Positions 8,250-19,300 of a stretch of 64,000 nt of DNA are shown piece by piece. The translations under genes were made by a program, and so were the position numbers. Source of the DNA: Iphione sp. A-MEVVRFRX5 (taxonomy: Eukaryota); the NCBI GenBank assembly GCA_976226885.1, contig OZ320319.1, positions 66,464,001 through 66,528,000 on the forward strand, given 5' to 3'. The number at the start of each line of letters is the position of its first letter. Position 1 is the stretch's first letter. Under the pieces are notes generated by a model. The model worked only from the letters and a program-made list of their open reading frames with translations, ran no database searches and was not told the origin of the DNA.

Positions 8250-10019
8250 TTGCTTCTGCAGACATCTCGTCGATTGCTCCAGCTAGCTGCCTTTCCACCA
8301 ATCGAATGTACTGCTCCTTGTTCTTCAGGTAGGAGCCGGGAACCCATCCTTCCTTACCATTGAAGGTCTTTTTCACCAACCACCAATCGTCCTGAGAGTC
8401 ATCTAGCACCTCCACTTTCTCGCCCTCGTGCAAGGACATGACCTCGTCCGACTCAGGGTCGTAGGCACTGATGGCGATGTAGAAGGCGCCATGCTCGCCC
8501 GCCAGTTCCGAGCCACTCAGGTGTGAGTGGCTGGAGAGGGCGTCCAGCTCCGAGAGCGAACTGACCGATGGCGCTGACACTGCCTCGCCGCCGCCGCCGC
8601 CGCCGCCGCCATCGGCCGCAGCTTCATCGTGAGGGCCCGCAACGGCGTGAGTAACAATACTCTCCACGCGGTCGCTCTTCTTGCGCAGCTGCTTGACGTC
8701 AGTGTCAGTCTTGATTTCACTGAGCTGCTCAAGGGAAAAGGCCCCACGTTGGTTGAGCTCCATGCGGATCGTCTTCACCTCGGTAACTGTGCTGTTGACA
8801 GTCACTTCCTCCAGTAGTTGGGTTTCCTCTGTCCTGTAGGCCTTGTCCGTCTCCAGCTGCAAGCCCACCAGGTTCTCCACGCCAGGGCCTGGTTCAAACA
8901 CGGTGTCTGGCCGCAGAGTTACCTCAAAGGTGGGCTCAGTAGGGAATGACCTCTGTTTGGATAGCTCATTGCTGGCCACAGCGGCGTCCGCTTTTGTTCC
9001 TTGCGTACCGTCGTGTGCGCGAGTGGACACCTGCATGGTGGCCTCCTCCTCCCGCACAACCATCTGCTTTACTACCTCTGCACGTAGTTGCTCGTTCGCC
9101 TTCTGTGGGTGAGGCAACACCACTACACTAGTTGTTTCATACACAAACGGATCAGTGCGAGTGAACTTAACCTCTTGCGTCCGTTCTTGTGTGAACGTTG
9201 GCTTTTGACTTCGTTCCATCTTCTCCTCTACCTCCTCTCTCCCTACATCCACTTTTGCCGCTGACTCTCTGCTGATCTCCGCAGCCTCAACTCTGTCTTC
9301 TGCTGCCTCAACTCTGTCTTCTGCTGCCTCAACTCTGTCTTCTGCTGCCTCAACTCTGTCTTCTGCTGCATCACCTCTGACTTCTATTGCATCGACTCTG
9401 ATGTCTTCCGCCTCACCTGTGACTTCTTCTGCTACATCTCTGACTTCTCCTGCCTCACCTCTGACTTCTTCCTCACCTCTCACTTCTACTGCATCGCCTC
9501 TGAGTTCCCATGCCTCGACTCTGATGTCTTGTGTCTCACCTCTGATTTCTACTGCCTCACGTCCGAGTGCTCCTGCCTCGACGTTGACGTCTTCAGTCTC
9601 GCCTCCTAATTCTTCTGGCTCAAATCTGATTTCTTTCGCCTCACCTCTCACTTGTTTTACCATTATTTCTGTCACCTCTGTAGTCGAGAGATTCTGAATT
9701 TCATCCATTTGAAAATCTTCTTCATCCATCGGAAGTTCTGACGCTTCTCCTTCTGTAATGTCTTCTTCTGAAAGTGTAATGTCTGATTCCGACTCCTCGC
9801 TCTTCCAAACTAAGGGCGCTGTTCTGACCTCATTCACTGAACCTCCTTCACTACGTACTTCAGTCTCAAAACCTAATTGCTCGTCATCCTTCGGTAATAA
9901 AACTGTAGGCTTATCTCTGCTCCTTTCAACTTTCTTAATTTCTTCCTCAGAAATCTCGGACAAGCTTTCGTCAGAGTAGTCACCATCAGGGGCGGAGTGC
10001 TGACTCGTCTCTAAGATAC
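8250..10019 (-). CDS. Titin-like exon: acidic low-complexity region plus SH3 domain (~8326-8484)
   Basis: FYIAISAYDPESDEVMSLHEGEKVEVLDDSQDDWWLVKKTFNGKEGWVPGSYL is a canonical SH3 pattern; AG at 10021-10020, GTAAG at 8249; 1770 bp, phase 1-1. Confidence 0.88.
9284..9367. repeat. Coding 21-bp tandem repeat x4 (EDRVEAA) within a longer degenerate 7-aa repeat tract (~9280-9650)
   Basis: gcctcaactctgtcttctgct starts at 9284, 9305, 9326 and 9347. Confidence 0.95.
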
Positions 10020-10255
10020 CTAATCAACGACCCAAAACATGCGAAACTTCTAAACACACAACATGCAACAACACAGCAAGTTTGTAATTCAAAAAAATGT
10101 TGGAGAACAACATTATCCACTAACAACACACTACAAAAAGGACAAAAAATAGGTTTAAAAAATCCATGCAGACAACGGAATGAAAACTTTAATCTTGTAA
10201 GGAAAAAGCGTACAAGCAAATTGCAAACAAAACAGAAAGACTCAGGGCGTCTTAC

Positions 10256-10347
10256 CAGAGACCACCTCTGTCTCAACTTCCTCTACCACTTCTTGCGTCA
10301 TCTCTGCCGTGACCTCCTCGCCCATGTCGGTCTGGTCTTCACCGATG
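10256..10347 (-). CDS. Titin-like small acidic exon (IGEDQTDMGEEVTAEMTQEVVEEVETEVVS)
   Basis: Pyrimidine tract with AG at 10349-10348, GTAAG at 10255; 92 bp, phase 2-1; absent from the ORF track. Confidence 0.75.
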
Positions 10348-10914
10348 CTTGAAAAGTAAAACTGAGTGTTATATACATCGATCATTGAAATGTATACAGT
10401 CAACTGTGCTTAATCGGACCTCAGTTGCCCAAATTCCTCCATATATGGATCTTTTTTCCTGCTACATTCCTGCCTTTTTTAATCAATTTTATGTTTAGAC
10501 AAGTGCCTTCCGTGCCTGCACTGGTTCATTAGAGTGTGTGTGTAGTGTGGTAGGGGAAAGGATCAAAGTACAGACCCATCTGGCCTTTTACAGCCTCAGT
10601 TCTGCTTGACTGAATAGAGGTGGGTAGGAATACACCACTCTGTGCAGAAAGTAGGGCCACATAAGTCATATACTTTTTAGTAATAAGCATTTTACATACA
10701 CAAAAGATGCATAATCATTCCCCTTTTGCCTTAAAATATAGCTATGGATGAAGTACTAATAAAAATAATGTATTTTCATATTTATCACATCAGAATGAGA
10801 TGACAGTCCCATGGCCTGACTACTTTCAGGCAACGTCTTATATAGATAGTGTAATTAAGGGAACTCCTGGTTCGTTTAGGTGTGACTGACTGTATGTTTG
10901 AAAAAAATTTGATC

Positions 10915-11215
10915 AGATCAAATCATTAGAACATTACAGAGTAATTCTTGCATCTATGAGGCAGTAATCAAACAAGTAGATCATGACAGGGGAATTCTAA
11001 CATCTTTGAAACAGTAATCAAATTAGAAAACGTGACAGTGGAATTCTTACATCTATGAAACAGTAATCAAATCAGTAGAACACGACAGGGGAATTCTTAC
11101 AACTATAAAACAGTAATAAAATTAGAAAAAACATGACAGGGGAATTCTTACATCTATGAAACAGTAATCAAATCAGTAGAACACGACAGGGGAATTCTTA
11201 CAACTATGAAACAGT
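10915..11215. repeat. Intronic minisatellite, ~50-bp unit x6 with alternating A/B variants
   Basis: The (g/t)aattct core recurs at 10942, 10992, 11041, 11091, 11142 and 11192. Confidence 0.9.
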
Positions 11216-12056
11216 GCCAGGTTTACAAGGGATTAGGTAAGAAATTTTGATATTTTAGTACATCTGAGTCAAGGTTCAGAATATGAATAAAATATGATAA
11301 GATCGAAAGTTCTTATTCAAAGTCTTATTGTCTTATTCAAAGAAAGCAACAGTCATGATTGCTTATTTTTTCAGTCAGTGTGGTATCATACTTTCTCATC
11401 TAACACTTACTTAACAGATAAACAAACTCTTCCGTGTCCATTGCCGAGGTCAATTTTTCTTTGTTTACCACCGCTAGTGCGGCACCTAATAAACCTCGAA
11501 TATGTATTACTTAATATACATCTGTCCTGGAATTCCGATCCCTCACATGACAACCCCCATACATGGTACAGACCATGCCAGGTCGTCTCTACCTGCCCTT
11601 GGTTCCTCACATTTGTCCTTTGGCTTGATTTCCAAGTATGTTTATTTTCATAGCCTCTCGGATGTGTGTTCACCTTGTTTTTGTTTTAAAAATTATGGTT
11701 ACCAATTGGCGTGTTTCAATGCAGATGAGTGGCATGTAGCATGTGTACTGTATGTTTTTCAAAGTGGAAAATGTCCCAGTTCTGTATGGGAACTATGGTT
11801 ATATACTGAGATGATACATGTTGAGCATGCTACATGTACTACTGGTGAGTATGATGGCATGGCCAGACTTATCATGGCACTCAACAGCTGACAAACACAC
11901 TACACACATACATGGAAATTAAGCACTATGTGACAAAGATTGGAAGTAACAGACTAGGAAAAAGCCTAAAGAAGAAAGGAGCAAGCAGCTTAGTAAATCT
12001 TCATGTTACATATCTCGCCACCATGTGCCTATCTACTCGCTAAATCCCTCACTCAC

Positions 12057-12081
12057 CGGTACTCTGCTGCTGCCTCCTCAA
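12057..12081 (-). CDS. 25-nt micro-exon (VEEAAAEYR across junctions)
   Basis: cttttacAG|TTGAGGAGGCAGCAGCAGAGTACCG|GTGAGT; phase 1-2, exactly bridging the phase-1 donor at 12930 and the phase-2 acceptor at 10348. Confidence 0.72.
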
Positions 12082-12930
12082 CTGTAAAAGACCAAGACAT
12101 AAGATTTAAAAAATGACTGGATGTGTTCTACATACAAAACATTCAGGTGCACAAAAACAAACTGCGGAACAAGAGAATATCTTATAATTATATACATATT
12201 TCACCTAAAATTGAAATACCTATCATGAAACAAGTTTGTTCTTGGTGAACGCATAACGGCATACATGAAATAAGACAGCAATCAGAAGTAGAAACACGGA
12301 TGCTCAATTCAACAAATTCCAGCTATGGACACAACATTCCGGCTATGAACACCAGGCATGAACAAGGGATTGTTTTGAATCGCACATCAAAGATACTCCG
12401 TTACAAACAAAATGGATGGAATATTAAACAATGAAGGAAAGCATAGCATGCACATAAAGTCAGGACCCGATATCCAAATGGTCACTAGGTTCACTGATTG
12501 TTGTTTAGAAATAAGCGAATGTTGATATTTAATGATTCATATGGTAAAATTTCTGCTCATGTCAGGGAAACATATTTCAAATTTTTTTCGGTAACATATT
12601 TCAAAATTTTTTCGGTTATCGGTTCTTCGAGATCGAGTCCAAACTGTACACAGTTGAAGTTTCAATTCAGTTTCAACTCGCATACTTCTGATAAGTAAAA
12701 GCCGAAAATGTTCCTGGAAGAAATATGGATGCTAATTACAGCAGGGAAATGGATGCATGAGGGTCACTGAAACTGGAAGCTATTAACATATAAAACACAC
12801 TAAATATAAAAAATGAGTAAATCAATTATTAATACACAACGCGGTTAAGGTGGGGTACATCTCAAATGAACCAATGCTTGGATTTGGAAATCTTGAAAGA
12901 CCAATGATGCCGTGCACAGGATAAATATAC

Positions 12931-15567
12931 CTTGGGGAGCCACTTCATGACGCTCTTTCTTCATAATGATGACTTTAGTTGTTTCTGGTTGCTGTATTTC
13001 CTCAGGCATAGCTTCCTCTGTAACAAAGGAAACTGTCTCCTCAACTGTCTCAGGTTCCATGTCAGCTTTCTGCATGACCACCTTCTGAGTAATCTTGGAT
13101 GTGACCTTGGCCTGACTGACTGGTGTTTCAACAATGGATTCAGGTTGAGCTTTCTCAGTTGTGAACATGATGGTTTCCTGAACTGTTTCAGGAGTCACTT
13201 CTGCTTCTTGTGTTACAACCTTCTGAGTTATCTGAGATGTCACCTTCACCTCACTTACTTTCTTTTTACTAATAGGCTCTGGTTGAGCCTCCTCTGTTGT
13301 CAATTCAACAGCTTCCTCCACAGTCTCAGGTGCCATTTCTTCTTCCTGAGTGCTAACAATTTGGGGTATTTGTTCTTCAACTGTGACTTGTTCAACAGAT
13401 TTGTCAGCAATCTCTTCTGGCTGAGTCTCCTCAGTTACAAACATGGCTGTTTCTTCAACTGATTCTGGAACAAACTCTACTTGTTGAGTGCTGACTTGCT
13501 GAGCTTCTTCCTTTTTAATAATTACTTTAGCTGTTTCTGGTTGCTGTATTTCCTCAGGCATGGCTTCCTCTGTAATAAAGGAAACTGTCTCCTCAACTGT
13601 CTCAGGCTCCATGTCAGCTTTCTGCATGACCACCTTCTGAGTAATCTTGGATGTGACCTTGGCCTGACTGACTGGTGTTTCGGCAATGGATTCAGGTTGA
13701 GCTTCCTTAGTTGTGAACATGATGGTTTCCTCAACTGTTTCAGGAGTCACTTCTGCTTCTTGTGTTACAACCTTCTGTGTTATCTGAGATGTCACCTTCA
13801 CCTCACTTACTTTCTTTTCACTAATAGGCTCTGGTTGAGCCTCCTCTGTTGTCAATTCAACAGCTTCCTCAATAGTCTCAGGTGCCATTTCTTCTTCCTG
13901 AGTGCTAACAATTTGGGGTATTTGTTCTTCAACTGTGACTTGTTCAACAGATTTGTCAGCAATCTCTTCCGGCTGAGTCTCCTCAGTTACAAACATGGCT
14001 GATTCCTCAACTGATTCTGGAACAAACTCTATCTGTTGAGTGCTGACCTGCTGAACTTCTTCCTTTTTAATGATTACTTCAGCTGTTTCTGGTTGCTGTA
14101 CTTCCTCAGGCATAGCTTCCTCTGTGATAAAGGAAACTGTCTCCTCAACTGTCTCAGGTTCCATGTCAGCTTTCTGCATGACCACCTTCTGAGTAATCTT
14201 GGATGTGACCTTGGCCTGACTGACTGGTGTGTCAGCAATGGATTCAGGCTGAGCTTCCTCAGTGGTGAATGTTACAGTTTCTTCAACTGTTTCAGGAGTC
14301 ACCTCTGCTTCTTGTGTTACAACCTTTTGAGTTATTTGAGAAGTCACCTTCACTTGACTGACTGGTTTGTCAGCAACGGATTCAGGCTGAGCTTCTACAG
14401 TTGTGAACATAATGGATTCTTCCACAGATTCAGGTGCTAACTCAGCCTTCTGAATGCCCACTACCTGGGGAATTTGCTCTCCAACACTTATATGATCAAC
14501 TGGCTTCTGTGCAATCTCTTCTGGTTGAGCTTCCTCAGTTGTAAACACAGCTGCCTCTTCAAAGGAGTCGGGCACGAATTCTACCTGCTGAGTGCTAACC
14601 TGATGGGCTTCTTTCATCTTTATTGTCACAGTTTGGTCGTCTTTCTTAGGAACCTCCTCTAAAGACGCAACTTCCTCCTGTATTGTTTGCTGAATTTCTT
14701 GGGTTCGATCCGATTCAATAGTTACCTTTTGTTCAATAGTCAATGTTTGGCTCACAGGTGTAGTTGCTACTTCGCCCATCTCAAAAGTCACTTGTTGCAA
14801 CTGAGCTGATTCCTTTTCAGGCGAGATATCCTCAGTGTCTTTTGTTTCCTCAACTTGCATCTGTGAGAGCTGCTCCATGGCATGAATTTCTGGTGCTGTT
14901 GTTGGGGCTGCCTCGGATAGGTCCATGGTAATAGCCACAGGTGCAAGTTCTTCTGATGCATCCTCAAACAAGTCTTCCTCAGCTTCCTCAGGGGAGACTT
15001 GTGAGATCTGCTCAGATGTCATAACTTCTAGGGGTTGCTCAGCTTTCGCCTGACTGATCTCATACTGTACTGGACTGGCTTCAATCTCTTCTGTTGTGGT
15101 CGGCTTCATTTCCTCGCGTGTTTCTTCACTGATCGTGGGTGCCATCTGTATTTCACCCATAGCCTGTACTTCTGCTGGCAAAGAGATGCCAGGCTGCATC
15201 ATTTCAACTTGGATCTGACCGGAAGTAGCAGATTCTTCGCTGAAAGTGCCTGGCTCCTCTTGTGTCATCTCGAGGGAAATGTGTTCCTGCTGTACCTGTC
15301 CCATGGCTTGCACCTGAGCAGGCACTGCTATTCCCGCTTGGACAAATTGTACGGGAGCCTGTGAAGGCTCAGCAGTTTCAGATACCTCTTCTCCTATAGC
15401 TTCTGATATTTCCTCTGATTTGAGAATAAGTTCTTGCGTTCCAACCTGTGTATGACTAGGCATTTGTTTACTCTCTAACACCTTCACCTCTGTGTGGATT
15501 TCTTCAGGGGTCACCACTTCGAGTGGTATAGGGGATATGTCTTCCTCTGTGAATTCTATCTTTACCA
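12931..15567 (-). CDS. Titin-like PEVK-like exon (879 codons) containing three 184-aa repeats
   Basis: AG at 15569-15568, GTATAT at 12930; 2637 bp, phase 1-1; E/V/T/Q/P-rich. Confidence 0.85.
12965..14620 (-). repeat. Coding higher-order repeat: 3 x 552 bp (184 aa = 4 x 46 aa)
   Basis: ccatgtcagctttctgcatgacc starts at 13057, 13609 and 14161; four 46-aa subunits counted by hand. Confidence 0.92.
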
Positions 15568-16385
15568 CTGAAATATGTTACAAAATATGGAATATTTCAC
15601 GATTCAGTAAAGTAATTAAAGATGTATTAACAGTGAACTTATTCGTAGAAATGTTACCAGACAAATAGTAATGGTCAGGTTGATAATCTGAGTCAATTGA
15701 ATATGAAGATATACGGAGGAAGGTTGCGTGAAGGTTTGCATTTACATTGCAAATCTTAGCACATATTTGCAATAAAAGAACCAAGTTGAATAAAACGTCT
15801 ATCTAATCATAATCCAATTATTAGGGCATTTCTATTTTAACGCCTTATAACTCATGCAAGAACATTTTCATGAAATGCATTCACTATTTGCTGAACATCA
15901 TAAACTGAAACCTGAACAGCATAAATTGAAATAAAAGATCTTCTCGCATTGCTGAAATCCATTATCGAATTCAGAAATCCTGAAAAAAAACATGCTAAAA
16001 TATCAGTTTTATAAATGATAAGCATGCTCATGAAACGAACAAGAAGTGGCAAAATAAAGAAGAACGTATTTTCAAATGAAATGAGCGCTGAACTAAGAAG
16101 CATCATAGTAACTGAAAGAAAGAGTATAGATTATACTAAACTATGCATGAAACACATGCTAAGCTAAAGCATCTGTGCTTTCCGAAACTACCTGTGTCAC
16201 ATCATGCAAACTGTGGTGCTCGTCCACATTTTTCCATGCGTAATGTGACATCTGGAGATGCTAAGCATGATGGAAGTGCGATCTCTTCTATTTTCAGGCA
16301 GGACAAATGGATTCATATGCTTATGAAACCGAATGAGAAAAGATGGCGACTTTTTCAAAGTCATGCACTATCCTGTTGTATATAC

Positions 16386-19300
16386 CTTCACTTTCTTCTG
16401 GTGCTTCGCCTAGCTTCTCCTTTATATCTGTTGTTAGCGTCAAAGGCGTTGATTTTTCTTCAACTGGAACGAATTCTTCCTCAGCCTCATATTCAGCAGG
16501 TACTTTCAACTCATCTTCTGTAACCGTTTCTGGTATCATCTCATCTTCGTCAACAGAGACAAATGTTTCAGGCAATATTCCAAGGCTAACTTGTTCAGGT
16601 GATGGCGCCATTTCTTCTGTAGGCACCGTGTCCTCTGGTTCTGTAGGACATATTTCCTCTGATATTTCCTCTGATGAAAGGATGGTTTCTTGTTCACTTA
16701 CTTGAGTGAGTTCTGGCATCTGAATTCCTGCAGTAGAAACTTGGAGAGTAATTTCTGATGGCTGTACCTCCTCATCTTTCTCCATCACAACCTCTTCAGT
16801 GACAGTGTCTGGTTTAAATTCAGCATGCTGAATTCCTGCTTGTGTCAACTGAGGCATTTCTACTCCCGCTGTAGAGATCTCTACAGTGATTTCCGATGGT
16901 TGGACTTCTTCATCTTTCTGAACAACTATCTCTTCAGAGATTGTCTCCTCAGTGATTTCAGCCTCTTGCATTCCAACCTGCACTGGCTCAGGCATCTGAG
17001 ACTCAGTAGTAGGAACTTCAAATGTGATCTCACTTGGATGTACTTCCTCATCTTTGGGAGCAGCTATTTCCTCAGATACAACTTCAGAGGGAACTTCTTC
17101 CTGCTGCATTTCTACCTGACTCTCCTGTGGCATCTGGATACCAGCTGTTGAAATCTCCATAGTGATTTGAGATGGTTTGATCTCCTCATCTTTTTGAATC
17201 ACTATTTCCTCAGATATATGCTCTTCCTTGAGTGGGGCTTCCTGAATGCCAACTTGAGTAGGCTGTGGCATCTGAATTCCTGCAGTGGACACTTGCAGAG
17301 TGATCTCTGATGGCTGTACCTCCTCATCTTTCTCCATCACAACCTCTTCAGTGACAGTGTCTGGTTTAAATTCAGCATGCTGAATTCCTGCTTGTGTCAA
17401 CTGAGGCATTTCTACTCCCGCTGTAGAGATCTCTACAGTGATTTCCGATGGTTGGACTTCTTCATCTTTCTGAACAACTATCTCTTCAGAGATTGTCTCC
17501 TCAGTGATTTCAGCCTCTTGCATTCCAACCTGCACTGGCTCAGGCATCTGAGACTCAGTAGTAGGAACTTCAAATGTGATCTCACTTGGATGTACTTCCT
17601 CATCTTTGGGAGCAGCTATTTCCTCAGATACAACTTCAGAGGGAACTTCTTCCTGCTGCATTTCTACCTGACTCTCCTGTGGCATCTGGATACCAGCTGT
17701 TGAAATCTCCATAGTGATTTGAGATGGTTTGATCTCCTCATCTTTTTGAATCACTATTTCCTCAGATATATGCTCTTCCTTGAGTGGGGCTTCCTGAATG
17801 CCAACTTGAGTAGGCTGTGGCATCTGAATTCCTGCAGTGGACACTTGCAGAGTGATCTCTGATGGCTGTACCTCCTCATCTTTCTCCATCACAACCTCTT
17901 CAGTGACAGTGTCTGGTTTAAATTCAGCATGCTGAATTCCTGCTTGTGTCAACTGAGGCATTTCTACTCCCGCTGTAGAGATCTCTACAGTGATTTCCGA
18001 TGGTTGGACTTCTTCATCTTTCTGAACAACTATCTCTTCAGAGATTGTCTCCTCAGTGATTTCAGCCTCTTGCATTCCAACCTGCACTGGCTCAGGCATC
18101 TGAGACTCAGTAGTAGGAACTTCAAATGTGATCTCACTTGGATGTACTTCCTCATCTTTGGGAGCAGCTATTTCCTCAGATACAACTTCAGAGGGAACTT
18201 CTTCCTGCTGCATTTCTACCTGACTCTCCTGTGGCATCTGGATACCAGCTGTTGAAATCTCCATAGTGATTTGAGATGGTTTGATCTCCTCATCTTTTTG
18301 AATCACTATTTCCTCAGATATATGCTCTTCCTTGAGTGGGGCTTCCTGAATGCCAACTTGAGTAGGCTGTGGCATCTGAATTCCTGCAGTGGACACTTGC
18401 AGAGTGATCTCTGATGGCTGTACCTCCTCATCTTTCTCCATCACAACCTCTTCAGTGACAGTGTCTGGTTTAAATTCAGCATGCTGAATTCCTGCTTGTG
18501 TCAACTGAGGCATTTCTACTCCCGCTGTAGAGATCTCCATAGTGATTTCAGATGGTTGGACTTCTTCATCTTTCTGAACAACTATCTCTTCAGAGATTGT
18601 CTCCTCAGTGATTTCAGCCTCTTGCATTCCAACCTGCACTGGCTCAGGCATCTGAGACTCAGTAGTAGGAACTTCAAATGTGATCTCACTTGGATGTACT
18701 TCCTCATCTTTGGGAGCAGCTATTTCCTCAGATACAACTTCAGAGGGAACTTCTTCCTGCTGCATTTCTACCTGACTCTCCTGTGGCATCTGGATACCAG
18801 CTGTTGAAATCTCCATAGTGATTTGAGATGGTTTGATCTCCTCATCTTTTTGAATCACTATTTCCTCAGATATATGCTCTTCCTTGAGTGGGGCTTCCTG
18901 AATGCCAACTTGAGTAGGCTGTGGCATCTGAATTCCTGCAGTGGACACTTGCAGAGTGATCTCTGATGGCTGTACCTCCTCATCTCTCTCCATCACAACC
19001 TCTTCAGTGACAGTGTCTGGTTTAAATTCAGCATGCTGAATTCCTGCTTGTGTCAACTGAGGCATTTCTACTCCCGCTGTAGAGATCTCCATAGTGATTT
19101 CAGATGGTTGGACTTCTTCATCTTTCTGAACAACTATCTCTTCAGAGATTGTCTCCTCAGTGATTTCAGCCTCTTGCATTCCAACCTGCACTGGCTCAGG
19201 CATCTGAGACTCAGCAGTAGGAACTTCAAATGTGATCTCACTTGGATGTACTTCCTCATCTTTGGGAGCAGCTATTTCCTCAGATACAACTTCAGAGGGA

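Noticed and set aside
12932-14440. Three plus-strand ORFs of 134-176 aa
   Set aside because: Antisense shadows of the 3 x 552-bp coding repeat.
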